NCBI RefSeq assembly: GCF_001194135.2
Contig: NC_068985.1
Location: 125,760,307-125,796,366 of the forward strand
From: Octopus bimaculoides
Taxonomy: Eukaryota
Direction: 5' to 3'
Length of the DNA stretch: 36,060 nucleotides
Shown here piece after piece: positions 13,030 to 24,870 of the stretch. The translations under genes and the position numbers were made by a program. The notes below the pieces were generated by a model. It was not told the DNA's origin and ran no database searches. It worked only from the letters and a program-made list of their open reading frames with translations. Within the stretch, counting starts at the first letter, position 1; every line of letters begins with the position of its first letter.

Positions 13030-13429
13030 GCTGTTGTTGATGCTGCCGCTGCGGCTGATGGTGATGATGATGCTGGTGTTGTTGCTGCTGTTATTATTCA
13101 TAGTAGGAAGAGAAGGGAAATGATTTAGATGACTGTGGGTTTTGTGGTGGCATCGTTAGAAATGATATCTTCGATAATCACGGTTAGCTACGATGAAGGT
13201 GATAGTGTGGGGGGGAGAAGGAGGAGAAGGAAGAGGAGGAGGGGAAGGAAGTCGTGGATTAGAATGAAGTTAATAGGGATGAGAAAGAGTAGGGGGGAGA
13301 GTATATAGAAAGAAGAGAATGATTAAATGAAGAAGAAGAGTGTCGTGAAATACGATTTCCGCTATACAAGCTTCTTGACAGCAAGCTATTTTTCACACAA
13401 GCTCCGATCCACTAACATCACTATCACCT

Positions 13430-13890
13430 CTCCATCGTCATCACCACCACCACTGCTATCTCTAATACCATCACAATCGTTTTTATCGCCAACTGCTCCG
13501 CCATCATTATTTCCAGATCATTAAATACCACCGCAGCCTAATCCGTTACCCTCACCATGTTTCTTCCATGTCTATGCCCTCCAACGCCTACACCATCACT
13601 CCTACTGCCACTGACACCATCATCACAAATCACTAGTATGATCATCCCCCCCTCCCATAACCATCACAACCACCACCACTACCGCTACTATTACTACTCC
13701 CACCATATCATTAGCTCCACCAGCATCACCATCATCACTCCTGTCAGTACCGCCATTGCTACCAACATCAGCACCACCACTATCACAACTACCAACACCA
13801 CTCCCACCACCTTCACCACCACTGTCACCACCACCACCACCATCGCTACTACTACCACCATCCCCATTGCCACCGCTACCACTGCTATTA
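13430..13890. repeat. Degenerate (CAC/CAT/TAC)n low-complexity tract
   Basis: Trinucleotide periodicity that produces the T/H/P-rich pseudo-ORFs. Confidence 0.8.
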
Positions 13891-14164
13891 ATAACACCAA
13901 GAGCCAACGAAGGACCAGCCCTGAAGTCGCCCGACTTCTTCAAAAAAGCAGTCTTCTCACACTCCTGTCTGGTAAAAAGAGACGTGTTCGGCATGCTTAG
14001 AAGGCCTTTCATCATAGGCTTTCTCGATTAGGGATCAACACGGCTTAAACATCCTTATCACAACCTCCATCATTACTTCAAATCATCTCTAAATTATCTC
14101 CACGGCTTAAATCACCATTGCCGCCTGCAATAACCACATAAATGAAACAATAAAAAAAGTCTGT

Positions 14165-14205
14165 ACATGGTCTCCCGACCTGCTAGAAATAGCTGCCAAA
14201 TCTCG
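14165..14205. repeat. Dispersed repeat motif (gacctgctagaaatagcagccaaa-like), also near 19197-19225, 21910-21932 and 35018-35050
   Basis: Four diverged copies of the same ~30-40 bp core are seen within the window. The parent element was not identified. Confidence 0.6.
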
Positions 14206-14444
14206 CATAATCCTTTACTTATCTCGTGTTTCACATATGATACACAAGGGATATTTCTATAGCATCTATGACATCGTATATGATACGTATTCCCAATTAT
14301 TTCAACCAGTAGTTTAATTTGGGACTTATGAAAAGAAAGCTTTATTATTACTCAGAACGTTTGAAACAAGAGAAGAGAAAAATCAATAAATACACAGGCC
14401 TGGCCGGCCGCTCTCAGAATGCGCCGATCGCCGTCGAGACGTCG

Positions 14445-15180
14445 TTAGGTGTTTTAGGATCCCGTGGTGAACAAAGATTTCTGGACCAAGAAAACCTATT
14501 CGTGTAAAGGCAGTGGTTATCCCAGTTTGAACTGGAGGAGATCTTCACAATAGTGAAAGAGTGTGAACAGAACTACGATGAACACAACGAAAAGGAAGTA
14601 GAACAAAAACAGGCATTAGTTGAAGGATCAATAAATCCTCAAGAAACAAACAGCTGCTCAAGCGAAGGAAAGATTGCTATAGAGGAAGAGAGACGCTTAC
14701 TACAGCGCCGGAATGAGACACGAAATAGCGAAAGAAAGAGGCTACGCACTTTGAGAGGGTTTGGAAAAGGAGAATTAATTAAATAAGTGACAAGGTGGGA
14801 CGAACTGTCAGTGGAAATATATACTAAACGATCTTATATACTGTGCAACTTCTGTTGCTCTGCACATTCTTGGGGTTAAAAGCCAAAGGAAAACAAAGGA
14901 TAACTTTCTATGGTGGGAAAGAAGACTTGAGAACCAAAGTGAACAACTAAAGATCTTGGACGGATACTTGCAATCATAGAAAGGAAAAGGGTGAGGGAAA
15001 GACACCGGAACGAACTGCAAAGAAAGTACATTAGACACAAACGATTGCAGGTAGTTGTTGAGTTAGGACAAAAATATCAGAGCGGATTCAGCTGGAACAA
15101 CAAATCAAATAACAAACAAAACATACCAACAGAAATCAAATTTGTAACAGCAGATTAAATGCTCCAAGAACATCAAAAGA
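14445..15180 (+). mobile_element. R4/Dong-clade (RLE-type) non-LTR retrotransposon, decayed region upstream of the RT
   Basis: Frameshift-tolerant translation gives EQRFLDQENLFV*RQWLSQFELEEI and NDLIYCATSVALHILGVK...NFLWWERRLENQSEQL...RKY...LQVVVEL. These match the recalled EQRLADQ...WLS..ELEEI and N.LIY...PWWKRRL motifs of R4/Dong ORFs. Confidence 0.65.
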
Positions 15181-16881
15181 TCCAGCATATATTCTCTGTT
15201 GTGTTTTTGATCTCTGTCCTACAGCTACATGCTCTGAGAATAGGCACTTTTACGCGAGTCATTTTCGTCTACATTTCTGCAAATTCCTTGTAGACTATTA
15301 CTTATCACTGCAACCTCATCATCCACTCTAAGTGGACATTATTAAGTCAATGAAGACTTGGCTAAGAAGAAAGTGTCAGATCTATTTCCTTTCTCTCGTG
15401 TATTTATGTAATCAACTTTGAGAACAACTGTGTTGAAAGAAAATGAGTGAAAAAGGTCACTTATCTTGGTCGTGGTGAAGAATGAATACATCAGCCATTC
15501 TTCTCGGTGTTGAAGACTGGATGATCACACAAAAATTAATATAAATCAGCAAACTGAAACTTAATTAAGACACAAGCTTATACACATTGACATACACAAA
15601 GAAACACACACGTATAGTGATACATTAATATCACACTAAAAAAAAACGTACACTACGTATACAAAAATATGCACACGAACACACTTATACATTACAATCT
15701 CACTCAGATTAACTAGCATAAACACATTACACAAATACAGATGCACACATTTACATGAATGCGTACATATAGACGCACAGACACATACATGTAAATAGTT
15801 ATGTGAGGATGTTGTTGTTGTTGTGGGTAATGTTTCTATATGAAATGCAGAGGGCCTGTTACCCTATTCCTTTATTAAGACGGGCGCCTTAACTGGAATT
15901 ATTGTCACCAATTTCGGGTTGACTAGCATGTTAGTCTGGGAGAGATTAGCAAAACTAAACAACAAAGACAATAATAATTTTACACGCATGCGCGCGCGCA
16001 CACATCCCGAACACGCACACGCACAAATATATACTCCTTGAGTGAACAAGTCTGTAATGACATACACGCTCATACATATACACGTATATCCGAATGTATG
16101 TGTAGATAACACGCATACACGATATATGTGTGTATATATGTGTTACATGGACATATATATAGCATACACACATACTTACTCAGAAGGAAAGACCAAGCTA
16201 CACTCACAGAGCCGCGATTACCTCAGATCTTTATGAACGAATAAAATAATGTAGACAAACCTCAAAGACTCACCACCCACGAAGACCACAGCTTCTGTTT
16301 TATTATAAGGGTGGGGGCACTTATGTCTGATTGTTAGTAAAAGAAACAAGATGACATAATTTAAGGAAGTTCTTATTAAATTCTTGCCCTCAAATTTTGA
16401 CATGTGCACATGTATTTATATATGTATATAAGTTTGTATGTACCTTATGTATGTATGTATGCATGTATGTATGTATGTATGTATGTATGCATGTATGTGT
16501 GTATGTGTCTATGTATGCCGAAATATATATCTATATTTCGATGTTATATTTGTTTGGCAAAGTAAGTTGATCTGCGGTCCTTTGCTGGAATTAATGCAAT
16601 TATATAGCGGAAGAGTCATGTTAGACATTTAAGAACACACATAAACTGTTACATTCGCCTTCGTTTGTCATCTAATAACACTGACTACTATGAAGTGTCA
16701 AAACATTTCGTTGTATTTGCTGCAATACAGTGTCAGGGAAATAAAAGCAGATGGAAATAACAGCTCACAGAATTCCTTAAATTTTTAAATTGACTTGTCT
16801 GCCATACAAGTGTTTTAATTTCAGATCTGGATCTCTAATCGAGTCACCAGACAATGACAAGCAAATTCGGATACATATATA

Positions 16882-17256
16882 TCTTTTATCTTTTACTTGC
16901 TTCAGTTACTGAACTGGCTGAGCTGGTCGAAAAAACCGACCCCAATGCTTATTTTTTTTTAAGCTTGCTATTTATTCTAGCGGTTTGTTTTGCCGAACCC
17001 CTAAGTTACAGACAAGTAAACACACCAACACCGTTTATCAAGCAGTGGTTGGGGACAAGCGCGGATACACACACACGCACATACAGACGCACATACACAC
17101 ACACGACGAGTTTCTTTCAGTTTCCGTCTACCAAATCCACTTACAAGGTTTTGGTAAGCCCGAGGCTGTAGTAGAAGACACTTTTCCAAGGTGAAACACA
17201 GTGGGACTGAACCCAGAACCATGTGGTTAGGAAACAAACTTCTTACCACACAGCCA
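16882..17256 (-). mobile_element. SINE family B, near full length (tRNA-like head, internal CA-rich microsatellite, 3' module)
   Basis: Contains both the 5' module (as at 7281 and 17461) and the 3' module (as at 18925, 26390 and 33911), joined by a short (CA)-rich tract. This copy defines the family architecture. Confidence 0.9.
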
Positions 17257-17460
17257 AATATAAATCCCATACAGAAACATACGAGTTAAGAAAAATCTTC
17301 CGTATCTCACACCTATATTTTACAGTAACATACTAAATAATTAACAAATTGTTTTAGTTTGAGACTTTATTCAAAGAAGTCAAAACAGAAAAGAAAAACG
17401 CGCCTCACTACCTAATTTTCGAAATTTGTTTAGTGTAATTAATTTTTATTCAATATAATA

Positions 17461-17625
17461 CAGGCACAGGTGTAGTTGTATGGCAAGAATCTTGCTTACC
17501 AACCACATGATCTTGGGTTCAGTCCCACTGTTTTGCAATTGGGCTTGTGTCTTCTACTATAGCCTAGGGTCAACCAAAGTCTTGTGAGTGGATATGGCAG
17601 GTGGAAGCTGAAAGAATCCCGTCGA
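17461..17625 (+). mobile_element. SINE family B, 5' half
   Basis: Reverse-complement match to 17105-17256 (ttgcttaccaaccacatg...gggttcagtcccactg...gtgtcttctactatagcct...ctgaaagaa.cccgtcg). Confidence 0.85.
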
Positions 17626-17670
17626 CTATAAATAGACGGAATTAGCCAAACCATGGACAGTTTGAGTAGT

Positions 17671-17714
17671 CACTACTGACGTTGCTTGCAAAATAGGCGA
17701 AACTAGGTCTTGTC
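17671..17714 (+). ncRNA. Degenerate type-I hammerhead-like motif
   Basis: CTGACG-tt-gctt-gcaaaat-aggc-GAAAC-tag-GTC. A9 is replaced by T and stem I pairs poorly. Confidence 0.4.
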
Positions 17715-17759
17715 TAAGGATTATAGAGACGGTCATGAGACGGTTTCCTCCCCTGTTTA

Positions 17760-17794
<35 letters not shown>

Positions 17795-17920
17795 GCTCTT
17801 CTTACAGCATTAAGAGATTTTAACTCTTATTTCTAGCAATGTAGATGCTTCGGCACACTTAGTGATGGTTAATTTTTTCCTTTATGGTATTACATTGCGC
17901 CTAGCTATTTATATTAATTA

Positions 17921-18921
17921 TATTGAGTTGNNNNNNNNNNNNNNNNNNNNNNNNNNNNNNNNNNNNNNNNNNNNNNNNNNNNNNNNNNNNNNNNNNNNNN
18001 NNNNNNNNNNNNNNNNNNNNNNNNNNNNNNNNNNNNNNNNNNNNNNNNNNNNNNNNNNNNNNNNNNNNNNNNNNNNNNNNNNNNNNNNNNNNNNNNNNNN
18101 NNNNNNNNNNNNNNNNNNNNNNNNNNNNNNNNNNNNNNNNNNNNNNNNNNNNNNNNNNNNNNNNNNNNNNNNNNNNNNNNNNNNNNNNNNNNNNNNNNNN
18201 NNNNNNNNNNNNNNNNNNNNNNNNNNNNNNNNNNNNNNNNNNNNNNNNNNNNNNNNNNNNNNNNNNNNNNNNNNNNNNNNNNNNNNNNNNNNNNNNNNNN
18301 NNNNNNNNNNNNNNNNNNNNNNNNNNNNNNNNNNNNNNNNNNNNNNNNNNNNNGATTAGCAGATTTGGTCATATTGCTGATGTGAGGACGGGCGTTGTTG
18401 TGTTGCAGAAGAATTCCATTTCGCCTATTCGTTTCATTTTTTTTTGGGGGGGGGGGGGTAAGCTGCTTCGTTGAGTCGGCGCAGTTGTTAAACGTAGAGC
18501 TCCGCATTGAATTTTTGGTTGAGCTCAAGCAGTTTGTAATGAATTATGCCTTCATCGAATTCAGTTGGTGGGCTGGTGTGTGATCCGTCCTTGAGGTCAA
18601 AATTCCCATTTCTGAAGCGTGAAAACCAACGGCGGGCGGTACTTTGAGACCTTGCTCCTTCTCCAGACACAGTACAAATCTTACGAGCAGCTTCGGCGGC
18701 CTTAGCACCTATATTAAATGCAAAAAGCAAGTGGTGTCAAAAATACTCAGTTTTGTCCACTTGACATTCCATTTAAATGATCTGAAAATACACAAAAATC
18801 AATAAAATTAAAAAATCAAAACACTATCTTGTAAAGTAAAAAATTATCTTAGATAACATAAAACATTTTGTCAATGCGTTTTTATTTCTGAAACGCTCAT
18901 GAATTATTCCTCAACTCAATA
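17921..18921 (-). mobile_element. Mariner transposon with both TIRs, internally deleted and non-autonomous
   Basis: Ends are tattgagttg (17921-17930, then gap) and its reverse complement caactcaata (18912-18921), each including the TA target. The transposase relic lies between them. Confidence 0.85.
18354..18772 (-). pseudogene. Mariner transposase pseudogene
   Basis: From ATG at 18772: MECQVDKTEYF*HHLLFAFNIGAKAAEAARKICTV.GE...TARRWFSRFRNGNFDLKD (N-terminal HTH). This is fused to GIIHYKLLELNQKFNAELYV*QLRRLNEA and, after a frameshift, RRNGILLQHNNARPHISNMTK (HDNARPH motif with D to N). Confidence 0.9.
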
Positions 18922-18924
18922 TGC

Positions 18925-19136
18925 GGGTGTGTGTGTGTGTGTGTGTGTCCGATCACTGCTTAACAACCGTTGTGTCTTTACGTCCCTGTGAATTAGCGGT
19001 TCGGCAAATAGATCGATAGAATAAGTACCATGCTTAAAATATGTACTCGTATCAATTCATTCGACTAAAAGTCCTTCAAGGCGGTGACCCAGCATGGCCG
19101 CAGTCTAATGACTGAAAGAGATTAAAGATGATTAAA
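18925..19136 (+). mobile_element. SINE family B, (GT)n plus 3' half
   Basis: ttagcggttcggcaaa...gatagaataagtac...ccagcatggccgcagtctaatgactgaaa is the reverse complement of the module at 16882-17060. Confidence 0.85.
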
Positions 19137-19772
19137 AACATCTTTCTCAAAGTACACTAAAATTTTTTCATGGAACTTACTACACCAGATGGTTGCTTCT
19201 CCTGCTAGAAATCGCAGCCAAAACGTTTTAAAATTACGACCCACAATCTGAAAATTAAGAAAAATAGATCGGCCTATGTTAGAGTTGACAAGGACCAAAC
19301 AACAGTAGCAACAGTAACAACAAAGAAAAAAATAACAGTCATATCAAAAACTTTAATTTTGAGGTCGCTATGTCACTTTTGTCGTACCTAGTTTTCTGTT
19401 ATACATAAAAAGCCCTTTTCGTTTTGCTTTGGTTGTTTTTTCATTTTTGCTTTCGTTGTAATAACTCTTCAAAGAAATCCGATCTAGTTCAATCACGTGA
19501 CGGCGTTATCTCATGCTCGAAATTGTTGAAATGGCTAATGGCTGGATACTTTCAAAATAAGCAAAGCCTACTTACCGTGCCAAGATAAAAGGGCGAACAG
19601 TTTTTCAAATACTTGGAAAGGCTTTTTTCTCTTCTCAACTCTCAAGAATCCAAGTCACTATGCGAAACAAATAACCAGCTTGAAAATACTCTATACATTT
19701 GTGAGTATATGTGAGAAGTATATGTGTGGGTGCATATATGTATATATATATATCTGTGTATGTGTGTGTGTG

Positions 19773-19812
<40 letters not shown>

Positions 19813-19825
19813 CATACATACATAC

Positions 19826-19930
<105 letters not shown>

Positions 19931-20089
19931 CACATACAAGATATAAAAAAAACAACTTTCAGGAAGAATAGAGGTTTATTGGCGCCGAATGTAAAATTTT
20001 CCCGTATCGAAGTACGATAAGCTGAAAAAGCTTATTTTATAGCTTGCTGCTAGCAATTGGGATTGCTGTTTACGCGAATAATCATAAAA

Positions 20090-20830
20090 AATTAAGGAAT
20101 GGAGTAGATAACATCCAGACTACATATGTTTCATAGCCAGCGGAACCTCGGAATTAGTAATTATCCAAACGAGGGATAGACCGCAAGTTTTTACTGGCTT
20201 TCTTGATTCGGAAGGAGCTTTTATCATCAAAAGTTTTTGCCATGTTCACACCATACGAATTTATACACAACTTGTAATTTTTATCCATACATGTAAATGT
20301 TTGGTTCAGAGTAAACTTCACCCGGTACAGTCTTGCACATTACAACTATCTTTTAAGCTGCTTGTTAACTGCAATGCACTGTTGAGAAGGAGTCCATACG
20401 ATGATGCATGTCACTCTGGGAATGAACAACAGGATCATTGTTATGAGCATATAGGATTTCGCGTATTAGTGATGAGAACGACTTTGTTTGGTCAGCAAAC
20501 CGTCTTATATTCAATATCTAACCTTTTCTTCGGTATCTTATGTAGATTTCATGTATGCAAACATCAAAACCTATCATAAAAACAGTTGCAAATTACAACG
20601 TGAACAGAGATAGCGTTGACATACACTTTGCTTAACACCATTCTCTACCAAAGTTGGATCAGAGAGTTTAACAACTACGTTGATACATGCTTTCATTCCA
20701 TTATGAAAAGGTAAACACAGAGAAAAAATTTATCAGGCCACTCAGACTTCTTGAAAATGTTTTATAAGGCATTTCTAACCAGTGTCAATCCATCTTCTTC
20801 TCAATGCATTTTCCTTGCAATTAATTACCT
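20090..20830 (-). mobile_element. RTE-clade LINE, decayed reverse-transcriptase region
   Basis: Minus-strand pieces in the expected order: LQGKCIE, FHNGMKACINV...VENGVKQ, IRRFADQTKSFSSLIREILYAHNNDPVVHSQSDMHHRMDSFST (YADD site mutated), IVVMCKTVPGEVYSEPNIYMYG*KLQVVYKFV, SFRIKKAS. Several frameshifts and stops. Confidence 0.85.
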
Positions 20831-22923
20831 TACAAAAAGATAATATTATTACTCTTTACTAGCTTTTTTAACTTACTCCAATATTAAGCTTATTGTACCT
20901 GTGCATCTCCTGTTTTCAACTCTTTTCTATGACATATTTTGTGTTATATGCTTAGGACCCTGCACCCAATATTATAAAAGAAACGACAATCATTATAATA
21001 CCGGTGTGTATAACACTTATATCTTAATATTAGACTATTTTAAGCGCTTATATTAATTTAATTCTAGCCTGGGTAGCTTTCGCACGAATCATTCATTATA
21101 TGTTTTGTCCACTTATTTCTTGACCAGAAAAAGCATTTGCAGCTTAATTCAGAATGTCTGGGTAATTCGTTATGGAGGTGACCAAATTGTATCGAAACAC
21201 TGAGTCTGTCGATCCGCCAGTTTTCAGAGCAGAGGCCTGTGTTTTTAACATACATATCTCTTAAGAGAAGTTTCTCTTGGATAAAATATCACCACTAGTG
21301 CCGCTCTAAGCTTCTATACAAATTATAAATGTTATATACATTCTAGTATTTTAGTCTAAGGCTAACTTAAGATAATAAATGCAATTATCATTGTTGTTCT
21401 TGCTGATGTTGTTGCTGGTGGTGTGTAGATGACATAATGTTAAGTGTTTAACATTTCTAAAATTTCTTTAAATGTAGAAATAATCGAGTGAATCTGAAAA
21501 ATTTCCCTCAGCACTTTTAAGTTCGTTAAAAAATGCTTCATTTCAAAAAAGTTTTTAAATAAGGTAACTCAGTGCAAAAACAAATATAGATATGAACTTA
21601 AACCTTTTGTAAAATAACTTCAATTTGACATACGTTATCTTTTTCACTATTTTTACATTGACATTTATATTAGATGCATACTGATCTTTCGTTCCACATC
21701 ATTTTGTAGTTGTTTTACAGTCCTCGATAACACTATCTAGGTGTTATGCATTACATTTGATGGACAATTAATTGGAATGTTTCAACTATATTCGTTGATT
21801 TAAGCAAGTTTTATACAAAGGTTTAATATTCCTAATGGGAATAGCATGACACCATCACCATACAATTTAAAATTTAGGGTTCAGCAAGTATTGCTTCACC
21901 ACACACCGAAAATTAGAAATAGCAGCCAAAACTATAATGGTTTTTAACACACCGAACTACTTGGTAAAATTACTAATTATCAATTAATTATTAATTTTTA
22001 CGCTATGTCTGTATGAGTATATATATATATATATATATATATATNNNNNNNNNNNNNNNNNNNNNNNNNNNNNNNNNNNNNNNNNNNNNNNNNNNNNNNN
22101 NNNNNNNNNNNNNNNNNNNNNNNNNNNNNNNNNNNNNNNNNNNNNNNNNNNNNNNNNNNNNNNNNNNNNNNNNNNNNNNNNNNNNNNNNNNNNNNNNNNN
22201 NNNNNNNNNNNNNNNNNNNNNNNNNNNNNNNNNNNNNNNNNNNNNNNNNNNNNNNNNNNNNNNNNNNNNNNNNNNNNNNNNNNNNNNNNNNNNNNNNNNN
22301 NNNNNNNNNNNNNNNNNNNNNNNNNNNNNNNNNNNNNNNNNNNNNNNNNNNNNNNNNNNNNNNNNNNNNNNNNNNNNNNNNNNNNNNNNNNNNNNNNNNN
22401 NNNNNNNNNNNNNNNNNNNNNNNNNNNNNNNNNNNNNNNNNNNNNNNNNNNNNNNNNNNNNNNNNNNNNNNNNNNNNNNNNNNNNNNNNNNNNNNNNNNN
22501 NNNNNNNNNNNNNNNNNNNNNNNNNNNNNNNNNNNNNNNNNNNNNNNNNNNNNNNNNNNNNNNNNNNNNNNNNNNNNNNNNNNNNNNNNNNNNNNNNNNN
22601 NNNNNNNNNNNNNNNNNNNNNNNNNNNNNNNNNNNNNNNNNNNNNNNNNNNNNNNNNNNNNNNNNNNNNNNNNNNNNNNNNNNNNNNNNNNNNNNNNNNN
22701 NNNNNNNNNNNNNNNNNNNNNNNNNNNNNNNNNNNNNNNNNNNNNNNNNNNNNNNNNNNNNNNNNNNNNNNNNNNNNNNNNNNNNNNNNNNNNNNNNNNN
22801 NNNNNNNNNNNNNNNNNNNNNNNNNNNNNNNNNNNNNNNNNNNNNNNNNNNNNNNNNNNNNNNNNNNNNNNNNNNNNNNNNNNNNNNNNNNNNNNNNNNN
22901 NNNNNNNNNNNNNNNNNNNNNNN

Positions 22924-22966
<43 letters not shown>

Positions 22967-23638
22967 ATATATACTTATGTATGTATGAATGTATGCATAT
23001 ACATATGTGTCGTTTGTGTATGAATTTAAGGATGAACAATGAAATTAGACTGAATGTTATGTTTTAATTTTCTTGTCATCGCTGACGCTCTTTAAATGTA
23101 TTTATTTCGTTGCTCCTTTTGTTGCTGTTGTTAGCGTTTTTCTTGTTTCAAAGCAGATATAGCAATTATAGGCTTATCCCGAGTACATCAAACGATATAC
23201 TCGTTCTTTCAGTATCAATAAAGCTTGTTCTATTCTACATTTAAAAAATTTAACACGTTGCTGTAAATGTAAAATAAATCAATACCGGCCAATTCATGTG
23301 CATTCACATATACGATTACGCGCGCGCAGGGCACACACACGCACGCACACACGCACGCACACACACACACTCACACAAACACACGCGCTGCGTGCATTCT
23401 TCACATACATACATACATACATACATACATACATACATACATACGTGCATGCATGCATACATACACATATGGTTTCTGTTATGCGTATACATAATTACAC
23501 TGATGCAAACTGTTGTATGCACTAAAATGGCATTCTTACAATGTTTTCGGGTAAAATATCAGGGCAGTAATTCAAACCAACCTCAATGTTGCACTTTTAA
23601 GTATACCTATACATACATACATTCACACATTCACACAT

Positions 23639-23673
<35 letters not shown>

Positions 23674-23772
23674 TATATATATGAATGCATGCAGGCATAT
23701 AATACACATGCATTTTTGACGTGAAGCATATTTATAGATATTAATATAAAACTATCTACGTACGTGTCAGTT

Positions 23773-24151
23773 GAGACGCAATGGCCCAGTGGTTAGGGCA
23801 GCGGACTCGCGGTTATAGGATCGCGGTTTCGATTCCCAGACCGGGCGTTGTGATTGTTTATTGAGCAAAAAACGCCTAAAGCTCCACAAGGCACTGGCAG
23901 GGGATGGTGGCGAACCCTGCTGTACTCTTTCACCACAACTTTCTCTTTCTTCCTGTTTCTGTTGTGCCTGTAATTCAAAGGGTCAGCCTTGTCACACTCT
24001 GTGTCACACTGAATCTCCCCCGAGAACTATGTTAAGGGGACACGTGTCTGTGGAGTGCTCAACCACTTGCACGTTAATTTCACGAGCAGGCTGTTCCATT
24101 GATCGCATCAACTGGAACCCTCGTCGTCGTAACCGACGGAGTACCAACAAC
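23773..24151 (+). mobile_element. tRNA-derived SINE family A (head H1, body Z), full length
   Basis: A-box-like tggcccagtggttagg, B-box-like ggtttcgattccc and a (CAA) tail. Further copies at 28820 and 34345. Confidence 0.9.
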
Positions 24152-24821
24152 GTACGTATCTATATATATCGATGAATATTTACATATATAGTCAAATGCT
24201 TAATACACACACACACACACACTGCAAAAACNNNNNNNNNNNNNNNNNNNNNNNNNNNNNNNNNNNNNNNNNNNNNNNNNNNNNNNNNNNNNNNNNNNNN
24301 NNNNNNNNNNNNNNNNNNNNNNNNNNNNNNNNNNNNNNNNNNNNNNNNNNNNNNNNNNNNNNNNNNNNNNNNNNNNNNNNNNNNNNNNNNNNNNNNNNNN
24401 NNNNNNNNNNNNNNNNNNNNNNNNNNNNNNNNNNNNNNNNNNNNNNNNNNNNNNNNNNNNNNNNNNNNNNNNNNNNNNNNNNNNNNNNNNNNNNNNNNNN
24501 NNNNNNNNNNNNNNNNNNNNNNNNNNNNNNNNNNNNNNNNNNNNNNNNNNNNNNNNNNNNNNNNNNNNNNNNNNNNNNNNNNNNNNNNNNNNNNNNNNNN
24601 NNNNNNNNNNNNNNNNNNNNNNNNNNNNNNNNNNNNNNNNNNNNNNNNNNNNNNNNNNNNNNNNNNNNNNNNNNNNNNNNNNNNNNNNNNNNNNNNNNNN
24701 NNNNNNNNNNNNNNNNNNNNNNNNNNNNNNNNNNNNNNNNNNNNNNNNNNNNNNNNNNNNNNNNNNNNNNNNNNNNNNNNNNNNNNNNNNNNNNNNNNNN
24801 NNNNNNNNNNNNNNNNNNNNN

Positions 24822-24870
<49 letters not shown>

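Noticed and set aside
13975-14030. Minus-strand tatgatgaaaggc...gccgaacacgtc as a hammerhead
   Set aside because: Both core boxes are altered and stem I is not convincing. It lies in a decayed dispersed repeat.
15863-15954. Candidate minus-strand exon with good acceptor and donor
   Set aside because: All three frames contain a stop, and it could only be non-coding, which cannot be tested here.
19570-19660. Perfect minus-strand donor (cg|gtaagt) with an upstream acceptor
   Set aside because: No stop-free frame connects the acceptor and donor.
23757-24157. acgtacgt on both sides of the SINE at 23773 as a target-site duplication
   Set aside because: The left copy is 7 bp away from the apparent 5' end and the motif is low complexity, so it is suggestive only.
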